In this document: positions 20,315-35,508 of the stretch, one piece after another
How positions within the stretch are numbered: position 1 is the stretch's first letter
How the letters are laid out: every line of letters starts with the position of its first letter
Assembly (NCBI RefSeq): GCF_009914755.1
Contig: NC_060926.1
DNA from: the human T2T-CHM13v2.0 reference genome, Homo sapiens
DNA: 64,000 bases
Direction: 5' to 3' (one strand)
Made by a program: the position numbers and the translations under genes
Notes under the pieces: model-generated
Told to the model about the DNA's origin: nothing
Databases searched by the model: none
The model's input: only the letters and a program-made list of their open reading frames with translations

Positions 20315-21295
20315 CAACTATTTCATACTTATTAAATATCATGATTTTATATTTAAGTTATAGATATATTCATACTTTTAAGAAAAATAGTATATCTGCA
20401 TTTTCCAAAATTGTTATATTTAAAAATAGCTTTGAATTTTGCCTACATGTTTCACTTCCTTATTGGTATGTCTTTAGTATATGGTGCTTTATTCAAATGA
20501 CATAATTATAAAAATATCTTATAATAATCAACTTTAAAAAGGGACATCGGTTTGATTTTGAAAAATCACTTCTTGACCTTAAATACTAGAATGGAATAAT
20601 AAAAGAGATTATTTGAAATGGTGAACTGAGTACATAAAATTTGATGGTACACTTTTAACACAGATTTTTCTATTGTTCATGTTTAACTTAAGAAAGGTGG
20701 TAGGTTTCATCTCTTTATGTCTTGATTTCTCGTACAATTGCTTCATGCTGTTATGCTAAGATCAGAATTACAGATCTTTCCTGGCTGAAATGAATGATCA
20801 ACATTTAATTGACTAAGTTCCTCATTGTTTAAGATGCTTTGACTTGTGGACGTCAGATGCAGGGAAACAGATTTACTGAAATTCTGACCCCTGGCATATT
20901 TTTTGTCATAGACACATAGATATTACTTGAAACAAAATATGTATTTTTCATCATACTTTATCCATTAAGCCACTGAAGTCTTTTGGAATATTGTCTTTTA
21001 TTTAAGTGCCATCCATCTAAAGCCGCCTGAAGTTGCAGAGTTCTGCAATTACTGACAGTAATACTCTCTGAAAAACTATGTTAATCCAGTCTTATGCCAC
21101 TTAACCTCATTTTGGTCAATGATGAACCACATATACTATAGTGTCCCATAAGATTATAACAGAGCTGAAAAATTCCTATCACCTAGTGACACTGTAGCCG
21201 TTATGATGTGTTAGTGCAAGGCAATACTCTGTGGTTGTGGTGATGCTTATGTAAATAAACCTACTGCACCGCCAGTTATATAAAAGTATAGCACA

Positions 21296-21673
<378 letters not shown>

Positions 21674-22516
21674 TTACTGTACTTTTTATCATTATTTTAG
21701 AGTGTACTCCTTCTACTTATCAAAAAAAAGTTAACTGTAAATCAGTCTCAGGTCCTTTAAGAAGTATTCCATAAGAAGGTATTGTCATAAAAGGAGATAA
21801 CAGCTCCATGCATGTTATTGCCCCCAAAGACCTTCCGGGGGACAAGATGTGGATGTAGAAGACAGTGATATTGATGACCCTGACCTTGTGTAGGCCTAGG
21901 CTAAGTATGTGCTTGTGTCTTAGCTTTTAACAAAAAAGTTCAAGCAGTAAAAGATAACAGTTTTTAAAAATACAAAAAGTCTTATAAAAGAAATCTATAA
22001 AGAAAATATTCTGTATAGCTGTACATGTTTGTGTCTTAACCTAAGTGTTATTTCAAAAGAACAAAACAGATTTTAAAAAATTTATGAAGTAAAAATATAG
22101 AAAGCTAAGGTTAATTTATTACTTAATAAAATATTTTTTATAAATTTAGAGTAGCCTAAGTGTACAGTGTTTATAAAGTCGATAGTAATGTACACTAGCG
22201 TCCTAGGCCTTCACATTTACTCGCCACTCACTCACTTTCTTACCTAGATCAAATTGCAGTCCTGTAGGCACCATTCATAGTAAGTGCTCAATATGGGTAT
22301 ACCATTCTTATCTTTATACTGTATTTTTTGCACAAATTTTCTGTGTTCAGATACACAAATAGTTACCATTATGTTACTATCGCTACAATATTCGGTATGG
22401 TAACATGCTATACAGGTTTGTAGGCTAGGAGCAACAGGCTAGACCATATAGCCTAGGTGTGGGGTAGGCCCTGCTATCTAGGTTTGTATAAGTACACTCA
22501 ATGATGTTCGAAGAAG

Positions 22517-22574
22517 GATACCATCTCAGAATACATCACCGTCTTGATACCATCTCAGAATACATCACCGTCTT
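22517..22574. repeat. Perfect 29-bp tandem duplication
   Basis: gataccatctcagaatacatcaccgtctt twice. Confidence 0.95.
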
Positions 22575-22886
22575 TAAGGGATACATGACTATGGTTTAGC
22601 AGAAAGATCATTTATTTGTCTGTAACGTTTGAATCAGTTCATCTGATGATCAAAATCTTGCCACAATAAAACATATTCTGTCATTCAGAAGTATGCTATT
22701 GAGACAGCTGAACTTTCACCTTTGCTTTCCATATAAAACTCAGGGTTCTATAGCAATTAATTTATTCAAGTTGGACGATTATTGTTAATAATACCCTTGT
22801 CTTTAAAAAAGTTATTGACTTAATCCTTTTGGATTATTTAAAAATGTATCAATTCTTTTTTTTCTTCCAGTATCCATTATAAACTT

Positions 22887-22981
22887 ACAGCACAGTTCAT
22901 GAATTTCAGGTTACAAAAGATAGACATAGAGTTGTTAACAGCATAGTTCATGAATTTCAGGTTACGAAAAATAGAGTTGTT
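22887..22981. repeat. Imperfect ~50-bp tandem duplication
   Basis: acagca(c/t)agttcatgaatttcaggttac...atagagttgtt twice. Confidence 0.9.
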
Positions 22982-23618
22982 TTCCTCAAGAATATTTTAT
23001 GAAATACTTTTAAAAGGAACATATTCCTAAATGAAAAAATATTTCATTGTGCATGTTTCAGAAGCACTTTTATTCAGGTATGATTAATACATAGAACTGG
23101 AATGAACATTTGTTCATATTCTTTCAGATAAAACACAAATAGGAGTATATACATGTCTTTAAAAAGATATAAGTAAATTTGCATTAAAAGTTTATGTTCT
23201 TTTCCAAGTCTATATTTTCTCTTTTTATTAAGTTGAAAAAAAATGAAGAAATAATTAATAAGTTTTATTTCATTAGTTCTTTGTAAAATATTATTAGAAT
23301 ATGTAAAAATAGCTCATGCTACTGAAAGTTATTAATTGGATATGTTTACTGTGTTTATTTTTATGTATATCATTCATTAACATATAAATAAGAAAGGAAA
23401 TCTGAAAGTAAGCGTAAGGACTATTATACATAATCTTGTGTAATTTCCCAAATTCAGAAATCAATACATGTGATATAATTACTAATACCTAGATGATCAA
23501 TTTAATTCTTTTTTAGATATGTAATATAAATAGAAAATTTCTTAGGGCTTAAGTAAAAAACAACAGTGTTTTAGTTTTTTTCTGTGTGAAAAAATACTTT
23601 CATTTGCCTCATTCTTTA

Positions 23619-23956
<338 letters not shown>

Positions 23957-25429
23957 CACTCAGAAAAACTTTATTTGCTCCCACTTATTTTCTACTTTTT
24001 CTTCTTTTGCTATTATATTTATATTTATGTTTAATGGTCATTTATATTTAATATAAATCTATTTATATAATTGTATTTAATGGCCATTTTATATTTTTCT
24101 GTATTCTCCCAGTTAACATATCCTGGCAGCATAAATGAAATTTGATGATTTCATTATCAGTTATCCAAACAAGCTTTCCTATCCCTGACCTGTGAATCTG
24201 TGCTAGGTGGGGTAGATTAGAAGCTTCAGGATCTTGTAAGGGTGATGTGACAAGGGCAGATAACTGATGGTCCTGATAGCACCCAGAGAAAAGCTACGTT
24301 AAATCTCTGTCCTCCATATAGCTGAAGTAGTGTCTAGTATCAGTTTATGGTTCTTCACTTGAAATGAGAATATGTTGTATACTATAGATTTAAATAAAAC
24401 AAACTTAGATTTAAACTGCTTAAGCTAAAGATCTTGGCTATTTAGCTATAATTTTTAGTGAAAATATCCTAGTTTATTGAATCTTACCTAGATATTCTTT
24501 TTATAAGTTTGATTTTATTTTGTTCTCCTTCTTTCCTTTTTGTCATTTCTTTACTTAGGCTATAAATTTATTTTAAAGACTGAGTTTTCTCTTGACCAAT
24601 TCTTTCCATAAGTTCACCTGTTTTTTATATGACTTACACTATAAGAGCCTATGTAGACACTCAATAAATGTGTTTTATTTTGTAGCAGAATCCATGACTT
24701 ATTATCAGTAAAACCCTGGTTGAGGTACTTTTAATCTTGTTTTCCACACCTAAACCTATCTAGCCCTGTTGCATTGTATCCCGAGGCCCAGCATTATTCA
24801 ATATTTTGTGTATTTACAGTAAGCCAAGTGGAGTACTTATTGTATCCTGGAAATAATAACTATGTCGACTAATAGGCATCAAAATAAGAATTAATTTTTA
24901 CTTTGCAGGACAAGTACTCCAAGAAACCTGAGTTGTTAAGGTGGTAAACACAGAAAGCACTATACAAAGTATTTGTAAAGATTAACATTGCTACAGTTAT
25001 GCAAGCACATATTTGCCTTAACAAGATTAGTAATGCCAGCTGCCTGCATTCAAAGAGACAATTTAACTTCAATTTTAATATTACCTGAAACAGTGTAAAA
25101 TGACAAGAGTTACGTCGAAATATGTATCACAATTTCAAATGAAGAAATTAAAGCATACCTTTATGTTATCTGCTGTGACTTTTATAAATGAATGAAATGG
25201 AATATATGAATTTTTATTATAGAAAGCTATTTGTCCAAAATTAAAATAATATTTTATTACAATATAGTTTTTACTGATGTTTTTACAAGTATTGTATTCT
25301 CTTTGATGGTAGGTTCTCTTGTTGGTAAATTCCAATCGATTAAAAATTCATGTTCCTTTGTTTAGGCGTTGGTCATAGTGGATGGTGAATTGAGTCACTT
25401 CCTCACCTCTCTCTATTCAACCTTTTGTG

Positions 25430-25790
25430 CTGCACAGGCTGTTTCCTAGGACCACTTGAAGCTTGAGTTCTGTTCATAATTTGGGTTCTGCCAATTAGAT
25501 GCACTTGAGTAAAATGTGGAAGGTGGAAAGCAGTCTAGGCTATGTTTCTAAGGTTTTTCTGCTGGCAGACTCCTGATAGAATTATCTGATATCTGTAGAG
25601 TGTCTTACCAGAATAATGCTTCCCTTAATATGGGTTGCATCCTCATCATAACAGCTTCCTAATCATGGCCAGCTTCTGGACCACCGATGATACATTAACT
25701 CCTTGGGTCATCTAGTTCTGTGACCCTCACAGTTGTTCTGTTAAATGCAATGTAAAGTCTGTTTTCAGCCTTCAATATGATTCAGAAAGT
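25430..25790. mobile_element. LTR33-like fragment
   Basis: gggttctgccaattagatgcac motif. Confidence 0.4.
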
Positions 25791-25999
25791 TATTTAAAAT
25801 TTCATAATGCATTTTTTATGTTTATACTACAAAAATGTAGTTGGTCTCTGCATTTAATTGATACAATTAACAATAATATATTTTAAATTTTATTTACTTC
25901 AATTGTTAATTTTTTTTTTTACTAAAGAAAATGTACTTATATGGTAAATGTTATAAATTTTATTTACTATAGTTGCTGCCTCTACATTTATTTTTAGGG

Positions 26000-26735
26000 C
26001 TGACATAGTTATTTAAAACCTGGTCATAACCTAGTTAAAATTTCTCCTCCACGTATGGTTGCTTGCAATATAGCCCACTTGTTCCTCATCCCACTGACCC
26101 TAAACTCAACATACCCCACAGCTGCTAATCACGAGAAAACCTAGTGTTCAATATTAGAATAATGTAAATAAGTTCTCCCTTCACACGTGTTTTCTTTAAA
26201 CCAGCTAATCCACAACCTCTGAGGGAAAGCCTAAGTGGTAACACTCATAGGCCTTAATAATGGTGTAGCCACCCAGGTTCTCTCCATCGTTTCCTGCTCA
26301 CTGGGTGAACTCCCTGCCACCTCCAGTCTTACCGTCAGCCTCCTGTTGTCACCCCAACCTCTCTGGAATCTGTGAGTAATAAATATCTTCTATTTTCTGC
26401 ACTGTGGCTTCACTTCCTTATTGTGTCTCCCCTGACGCACACGCACGCCTGAACTTAACCTTATATTCAGCCAGAGCTCTTTTGGGCAGTGGCTGTCTTG
26501 ACAAGAATAAACAAGGGTATCTGCTGTATAAACAAGTTTCCTGTGAAAGGACGACCTGGTCACAGTGAGATACTTAGGCATTAGGCCATCATCAGGATAA
26601 AGAAATAGCCCAAAAAAGGCATGCTACAAACTCTCAGGCCCAGTTTTTTTACTTTCCAGGTCAGAACAGGGCTGGAGCTTATGGCCAGTCTTGAGAGAGA
26701 CCACAAAACCAAATTGGAAACAATTCATAACAAAT
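26000..26735 (+). mobile_element. ERVL LTR (MER73/MER74 group)
   Basis: tataaacaagtttcctgtgaaagg...cctggtcac...cttaggcattaggcc; AATAAA near 26378. Confidence 0.6.
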
Positions 26736-27739
26736 TAAATCAAAACTGTAAACTAAACCGAAAAAGTAAAGGTGATACCTATAATTAAAGGTAGCAATTT
26801 ATTGGCCCCACTACTCCCACTCCAAATTGCCGTAGCTAGAAACAATTGCTTTTTAATTTTTCTGGGTTTTGTTATTTTGGTGGTTACTTCATATCTCTGA
26901 ATAACACACGTATTCCAACAATCATGATTTTCTCATGCGAGACATATTCCGTTGATTTTTCTGCTAGACTAGATAAGGACTTTGTCTTCTTAACCTTCTT
27001 CCCAGCTCCTCTCCCCATAGCCACCCAATGTAGTTATATCACCATTTTAATTTCTTTATTATGTTTTTAATTTAAATAATATGTACTTTTATCACCTTTC
27101 CATCAGCTCTAGAAATATGATTTTTGACTCCCCTCTTTGTAAGATATTATCAGTGCTAATCTTCCCTGACCTTTCTCTCCTCTACCATTCTTTCCTCCAC
27201 TTCTGTGTTTCTTCTGTAGTTATAATAAATAGTACATTTTCTTTCTCTTGAAAACTTCTAAAATGCTTAAGGTTTTAAGCTTTCTTTAAACATAGTGAGA
27301 TCGGAAAATAAAGGCCTTATCGAATTACTCATGATTTTATCTTTTCTCATGGTCATTTAATGCCTGATCTTTCAAAAGTTTCACTTTCTTTTACTGACAT
27401 TCCTCTGTTGCCTTGGTTTTGTATTTGCTGTTTTCTTACTCTTTTTCTCTGCTTTGTATTTTGTGAAGCACAAAAAGCTACACAGTACACTAAAACACAA
27501 CTAATTATACTTCACATTAATGAATAGGCTAATGCTTTTCCGGTGTGGTGGGGGAGTTTCCAAAACCTAGATTAGGAAGACTATCAATTTGTTGACTATT
27601 CAGTTAGCAGTAGAATAAGGGAACAGTATAGAGAGACTCCAGTTCCCTTTCCTAGCCAATGAATAAAAGCTTACAAACCATCGTCTTATGTTCATAGATT
27701 GTTTTCCCTAAATATTTTACATGTATTTATATATACTGA

Positions 27740-28083
<344 letters not shown>

Positions 28084-28869
28084 TATTTTTTCAATCTTAT
28101 GCTATTTATCTTACTATTTTCTTTCTCATAAGTGCATAGGACAATTTGACACTGCTGAGAAATCACTGAACTGTTTGTGGGATACCACCAGATTATTTAT
28201 GGTTCTATAAGATATTTCTCAGGCCAGGCCTTTTATAAAGCAATTTTAATATATGTATGAATTATTATATGTCATGTAATTATTCTATAATTTTAGAATG
28301 TATATTCAGATTAAGACATTAGTTTCATGTAATACTTTCAGGCATGCTGAAGTCCCAGTAGCTACAGGTAGGGAAGAAGCAGGAAACTGTAAACAGGTGG
28401 ACCCAGGATCAGGTACCTCACATAGCTCTAGGACTAGTACTACAGAGAGTAATAGTAGTATAGTCAACACTGTACAGTGTGGATGTAATATGGCAGCAGG
28501 TTCTTCCAGGACAGGTGAGGATACTTGCAGATTGACTGGTACCATCACTGCAATTGTAGATGGCATGAATGACTTAGACCTAACTAGGAACATGAAGACA
28601 TGTGTGGTCTTAGGAAAAAGGGTTGAGTAGATATGGCCAGATTATCAGGAATCAGGAAAATGCTCTACCTTCATAAGAATGATAAATCACAGTCAAGAAA
28701 CAAAAGGATAATTCCAGTTGCATGTTCAGCAAGCCGTGACATAGGTTAGAAGCAAAGTCTGCAGCTCACTGGACACAGAGATATCTTGAGAGTTAATTCT
28801 AACCTAGTATTTATCAAAAGGTGATCTATTATAACTCTCTGGAATCCTGGTCAAAAACTAAGATAATTA

Positions 28870-28962
28870 GGCCTGTTCCAACTCTTAGACTTCAGATCAA
28901 ATCCAATAATCTCTGTGAACCTCCCTGAGTGATCCTTATGAATCTTAAAATTTGAGAACCAC
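28870..28962. mobile_element. MER5-like hAT fragment
   Basis: ctccctgagtgatccttatg...aaatttgagaaccac. Confidence 0.5.
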
Positions 28963-30990
28963 ATCTTTAGACATACCAGATACTAAGTTTAGAACAGAAA
29001 GACAAATTTGAGGCATTTTATTTCACTTGCTTACTACCCTTTACCAAAATATTGAGGCTAGTTTTCTTAATTTACTCTTGTCAATGTGGACAAAGGCCTG
29101 AAAACACTGTGCTTATAGTTTGAAAGCATTTATATTTGCAGTGATGTGGAGCTGGAAAATGAGGATTTGCTCATTTTTATTTATTTTTCTATACTAGTTG
29201 AGTGTTATAATAAAATATAAAAACTCATTTTAGCTTCATCTTAGTCTAATGTGCTTTTCATGACAAGTACTTAAAGATTATGTCTAGTCAGTGTAGCTTC
29301 ATAATTGATGTAAAACAATGCAGAAACATATTAAACATATGACAGCTTATGAGATCTAAATTTGTAAACTTCATAAATATTAAAAAACTTTCATATTTTA
29401 AACTTTCATATTTTAAAATAAATATGAAACCTACGATAGTCTTACATTAGTCAAAATGAAATCTTAAATATAACGTTGAAATAAAATTAATGTATCACAG
29501 CCCAATGACTAGTTTCTTCTCATTCACCTGATGAATGCAAGAAAGCCTGTTAGTTGGAGTAAAATCATCTGGTGTGTGCTCAGCTGCATTTAACTGTAGA
29601 GGCCTTAAGACATGTTAAGCAATGTGATTTTGATTTCACCTGCTGACTTTCCGAAGGCAACTTATTATAAGAAACAGTTGAATAGTGATATCATGCTGTT
29701 GGCACTTGAGCTTTCTGCTGGAGGTTGCAATCTAATCTTTGCAAACCTGTAATTACTATTTCCTAAGTAATTCTAGGTTTCCATTATTGAATCTCTATAT
29801 GTCTAAAAGGTACTGAGATGTAATATACAAAAAGGCATAGGGATCAAATGATAACAACAAACTCTTTGTGTCAGTAATACTCAATTTCGATGTTTTTGAT
29901 GTTATAATGACATGTTACTGGCAAGAATATTTGGTGCATTTTGCAGGTTCAGTGTATTTTTTTATGTTGGTGTTATGAAGTCTTTGAAATAAAAAGATGT
30001 TTTATTCCAGGGTTATCAATCCATGCATCACAGTTTAGAGAAATAAGTGAAAGATAGTGATTCTACTTTGAAATTTAAATGTTTGTCTCTGGTTATTCAA
30101 GTTAAGTATTTTAAAATAGTTTTGACTGATATCATGTTATATAGAAAATGTGAAGTCATAGGTGTCTGTGTAATGGAATATGAAAAACATTGTTTATTAA
30201 AAAAATAAAATCCTGGTAGAGACATCATTTCTCCTTTGAAATATATAGATAAGTGATCCACTAAAAAAGTAAACATCTCAAACACAAAGTTTAATTCTGC
30301 TTGTGAGAATATGCCATACATTGCACTTTTTTTGTGAAAGATAAACTACTCTTTTTTATCATTTCATTTTAATGTGTTTCATGTACTGTCCTAGGCACAA
30401 GGAATAGAATCGTAACAAGGACAGGGTTTGCTTTTGTAGAGCATAGATTCTAATGGAGAAGATAGAAAGTTAAAAAGCAAACAGAAATTTCAAGCTGATG
30501 ATAATGATGACTGAGATGATAGCTGTCACAGTGAAGATGATAGGCAGTGGACTTTAGTAGATATTAGAAAGATATACCCAAGAGCACTGCATGAGATATG
30601 TAACTAATAGAGAGGAATCTGTAATAACTCAAGAAAATAAAGTTCTGTGACCAAATTATTCAGACATATATGATAAAATATTATAAAAGAGTAGAAAAGA
30701 ATATTTGCAGTCCCTGTGGCTGCATTTAACCATCTAAATATATCAATATCTATATACCTATATATGAAAATCCCTATCTAATGAAATAGTTTAAAAATCT
30801 TCCCAAGATTATGCAACTACTTAAATGGCTGAGTAGGACTAGATCTGCAGACCCCTGAGGCCAGCCTCAGATATCAGTCAGAGTGAACATAACAAATCAA
30901 AGTAGTGTCCTTCCACAGAGGAGTTAAAATATTTAAACATAAGTAATTTTAGCAATCCAATAGGTGTTAAAAAAAAGAAAAAAGTCTATG

Positions 30991-31277
30991 GGCCAGGCAC
31001 GATGGCTCATGCATGTAATCCTAGCACTTTGGGAGGCCGAGGCAGGTGGATCACCTGAGGTCAGGAGTTCAAGACCAGCCTGGCCAACGTGGCAAAACCC
31101 CGTCTCAAAAAAATAAATAAATAAATAAAAATTAGCCAGGTGTGGTGGCATCCTCCTGTAGTCCCAGCTATTTGGAAGGCTGAGGCAGGAGAATTGCTTG
31201 AACCTAGGAGGCAGAGGTTGCATGCAGTGAGCTGAGATCACACCACTGCACTCCAGCCTAGGTGACAGAAAATAAAA
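30991..31277 (+). mobile_element. Alu (AluSx-like), 3' end shortened
   Basis: TSD aaaa(g/a)tctatg. Confidence 0.92.
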
Positions 31278-31764
31278 ATCTATGCCCAGATAAATCTTTA
31301 GACTAATTGAGCAAGGCCTTTGCTTATACATCTTTGGTGTACCATAGGTTTGGATTTGTAGCTGTAGACTTTAACTTTTGCTTGTCTATAGCCACTGCAT
31401 TACAAAGATGCAAATACCAGACTTTTCCAAACATGTTAATATGGGATCTCTGGGAGCGGGAACCCCCTAAATGGCTAATGTATACCAGGCCAATTAAAAT
31501 TTAACGGCCTAGGATATGTGTGGGTATGCATGTGTATTTATTTAAAAAGACACTCAAATAGTTTTTTTTTTATATGAAGAAAGTAAAGCTTTGACACTGA
31601 AATTAAATGATGTAATAACTGTTATATTCAGCTAATATCTCAATGATGGCTTTGAGGCAGTTGATAGTAGATAGCTTTTTTAAAGAAGTGTTTTTGAATG
31701 TTTAGCATATGAAACCCTTATGGTGTTGTCTTTATAGAGCAAAGAGGGAATAAAGAAATGGAAT

Positions 31765-32276
31765 GTAAAAAATCCTAAATATTCCACATAAAAAAGCTTA
31801 CTAGAATTAATAAATGTATTCAGCAAAGTTGCAGGACACAAAATCAACATGCAAATATCAGTTGTGATTTCATATACTAACATAAATCTGAAACGGAAAT
31901 TTTTAAAAATTGGGTTAAAATAGCATCAAAAATACATAGAAATATAAACTTAACAGGAGACTAAAGACTTGTTCTCTGAAAACTACAAACATTTCTAAAG
32001 AAAATAAAGATGGTAATAAATAGACATATATATTCATGAATTAGATGACTTAATATTGTTGTCCATACTACTTAAAGCTATCCACAGGTTAAATACCATC
32101 CATATCAAAATACCCATAGCTGTTTTTTTTTTCTGAAATAGAAAAAGCAATTCTAAAATTCATATGCAACCGCAGAGAACCAAAAAGAGCCCAAACAATC
32201 TAAAGAACAAGCTGGAGGTCCTGCACTTCCTGACTTCAAAGGATATTACAAAATTACAGTAGTTAAAACATTATGG
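31765..32276 (+). mobile_element. L1MA-type ORF2 fragment (outer element, left part)
   Basis: tcagcaaagttgcaggacacaaaatcaacat...acagtagttaaaacattatgg. Confidence 0.85.
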
Positions 32277-32859
32277 AGAAATAGTTATAGAAATATGGTG
32301 GAGTAGGAAGCACCAGGAATCTGTCTTCCCACCTAGAGAACAATTGTACTGGCAGAATCTGTCTGATATATAACTATTTTGGATTTTTGACATCTACTAA
32401 AGGCTTGCAACTTCTAGGGGAAAGCTTGCATGGCGAATTATGATTAATTTCAGTCAATTTCAGCACTTAACCACAGTAGTAGCTACCCATTTCCCACAGT
32501 CACCCCTGTAGCAGGCAGCTGTGCACATGTTACTGGAGCAGTCTGCACAGAGCATGCAGGAACCAGAGTGGGCAAAAAAAGGACCTGTCATCCAAATATC
32601 GGCAATCTTTGCTCTGATTGCTGATTGCTGTTTCTGGTCACAAAGATGGACGCAAAGAGGTGAGTGGTTATTGTTGCACCTCTATCCATTATTGCAAGCC
32701 CCTCCCTGCTGGCTGAAGTGACTTCCAGAAGATTAAAAGGGCCAGTGCCCTTCTCCTACTTTATTTTTCTGTTTTTCCCCCTTTGACAGCTAGACATTAA
32801 AAAGTAGGGCATTCAAAGTAACTGCACATATGGTGACAATCAGAAAATGACTAAGTTAC

Positions 32860-32952
32860 TAAGTGTAAACTTAAGGACTGTCTTTTCTAAGCCTGTGCCT
32901 TGCCTTTCCTTTGGCACAGGCTTAGAAAAGACAGTCTTTAAGTTTACACTTC
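32860..32952 (+). ncRNA. MIR4438: pre-miRNA-like hairpin, probably MIR4438 (mature 3p about 32915-32935, cacaggcttagaaaagacagt)
   Basis: 39-bp inverted repeat (32861-32899 / 32913-32951), one G:U pair, 13-nt loop; 3' arm matches my recollection of hsa-miR-4438. Confidence 0.75.
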
Positions 32953-34549
32953 AGACTGATTCTTGGCACAGAGATAGCCTACAACAGAATCCTCTTATGA
33001 CAATATAAAAAGCAAAATCATTGACTGAAGTAACCGCAAACTCTCAGTAAGAGGGAGAATCTAATTTTTAGAGTTACTATGTTATTAGATCCAAAATCAC
33101 AATTCATACAAAAAATTAAGAAACTATGTCTTGTCCAAAGGAAAATATGAAATCCCTAAAATGACTTGATGGTGGATCTGCTACAGAGGGACTTTAAAAT
33201 AATTGTGTTAAATGATCAAAGAACTACAGGAAGATATAGAGAAAGTCAAGAAAATGATATATGAACAAAATGAAAAAAATTCAATGGATAGGAAACCTCA
33301 CAAGAAGTTAAAAAAAATTGGGAGCTGAAAAGTACAACAACTTAAATAAAAAATTTACTAGAGCGATTCAAAGGAAGATTTGAGCAAGCAAAGGAAACAG
33401 TCAGTAAACTTGAAGATAGGACAATGGAAATCAAGGAACAGAAGGAAAAAGAATTGAAAAAAGTAAACAGAGTCTAAGGGACCTGTGTGACACAATCAAG
33501 GAGTCACAGGAGGAGAGGAGAAAGAGAAGAGAAAACTTGAAGAAACAACGGATAGAACCTTTCCAAATCTGATAAAAGACATTAATATAAACATTCAAGA
33601 AATCCAACAGAATTCAAGGAAGATGAACTCAAAAAGACATAAACTGAAATACATTATAATCAAAGCTTTAAAAGGTGGAGACAAAGATAGAATCTTAAAA
33701 GCAGCAGAAAAACATCAATATATTACTTATAAGGAATAATCAGTAAGATTATCAGTATATTTCTCACCAGAAACGTTGCAGGCCAGAAGGCAGTGGGCTG
33801 ACATTCGAAGTGCTAAAGAAAAACAAAAACAGAAAACATTATCAAACAAGAATCTTATATCCAGCCAAACTGTCCTTAAAGTGAGGGCGAAATTAAGACA
33901 TCCCCAGGAAAACAACAGTTGGGAGAGCTTGTTACCATTGGACCTGACTTGCAAGAAATCCTCCTGCAGAGTGAAATGAGAAGACACTAGACAGTAACTT
34001 GAAGTTGTGTAAAGAAATAAAGATCTTAATAAAGGAAAATACATAGAAAATTATAAAAGCTTATATTATTGTAACAATACTTTTTAACTGCACTTTTCGT
34101 GTTCTACATGCTTTAAGAGGTTAATATATATATATATTTAAATTTGTATAAAAGTTCATATTATGCTTTGTAACTCCAATTTTGTTTTGTACATAATTTA
34201 AGAGACTAATGAATTTAAAATACTTACATGTTTATATTTTTGAATAATACATAAAGATATAATTTTGTGACATCAAAAATTGAGAGGGTGGGGGAATGGA
34301 GCTTTTGAAGGAGCCGAGTTTTTATATATTATTGCAGTTATGGTGGTACAAATTTAAATTAGAATGTTATATATGCAGGATCTAAAATATAATCCCTATG
34401 GTAACCACCAAGAAAATAGCTATATACAAGGAAATGAGAAAGAAATTTAAACAAATCACTAAAGAAAATAAAATAGACAACTAAATATAAAAGATAGTAA
34501 TGCAGGAAATGTAGGGAAACATCTATAAGCTATAACGAATTCAAATAGT

Positions 34550-34847
34550 GGCTGGGCGCAGTGGCTCACACCTGCAATCCCTGCGCTTTGGGAGGCCGAG
34601 GTGGGTGGATCATGAAGTCAGGAGATCGAAACCATCCTGGCCAACATGGTGAAACCCTGTCTCTACTAAAAATACAAAAAATAGCTAGGTGTGGTGGCAC
34701 ATGCCTGTAGTCCCAGATACTCATGAGGCTGAGGGAGGAGAATCACTTGAACCCAGGAGGCGGAGGCTGCAGTGATCCAAGATTGTGCCATGGCACTCCA
34801 TCCTGGGTGACAAAGCAAGACTCTGTCTCAAAAAAAGAAAAAAAAAA
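34550..34847 (+). mobile_element. Alu (AluSc-like) in L1
   Basis: TSD gaattcaaa(aa)tagt. Confidence 0.93.
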
Positions 34848-35508
34848 GAATTCAAAAATAGTAAAATGACAGAAGTAGCTTCCTTCTTTTCAGAAATTAC
34901 TTATAAATTGATTAAATGAGCTAATCAAAAGACTGGCAAAATAGATTTTTTTAAAAAAGATCTATGTGTGTACAAGAGACTCATTTTAGATCCAAAGATG
35001 CAAATAGATTGAAGGTAGAGGGGCAGAAAAAGATTTATCAGGCAAATAACCAAACAAGAGCAGGGTAGCTATACTGAGAACGGACAAAATAGACTTTAAT
35101 CAAAAAGTTTACAAAAGGCAAAGAAGGACATTCTATATTAATAAAAGGTTTAATACAGTAAGAAGTTATAACAAGTATAAACATTTATGAACCTAGTAAC
35201 AGATCACTAAATTATATGAAGAAATAACTTACATAATGGAAGGGAATGATACACAGTTCCACAGTAATAGTTGAAGATGAATAAATCACTCTCAATAATG
35301 GCTAGAAAAAAAAACAAAGATAAATAAGAAAATGCAATACATTAAAAAAAAAACAATTAGACCTAACTCTGTGCAACAACAGCGTACACATTCTTCTCAA
35401 GTGTACATGGTACATTTTCCAAAATAGACTATATGTTACTTCATAAATTAAGTCTCATTAGATTGAAAAGATAGTTATAGAAAGTATCTTCTCTGATCCT
35501 AAGAAGAT

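Noticed and set aside
28298-28630. 110-aa plus ORF overlapping a 95-aa minus ORF
   Set aside because: No recognisable domain or clear exon structure; ORFs of this length arise by chance in 64 kb, and the region may be a decayed LTR.
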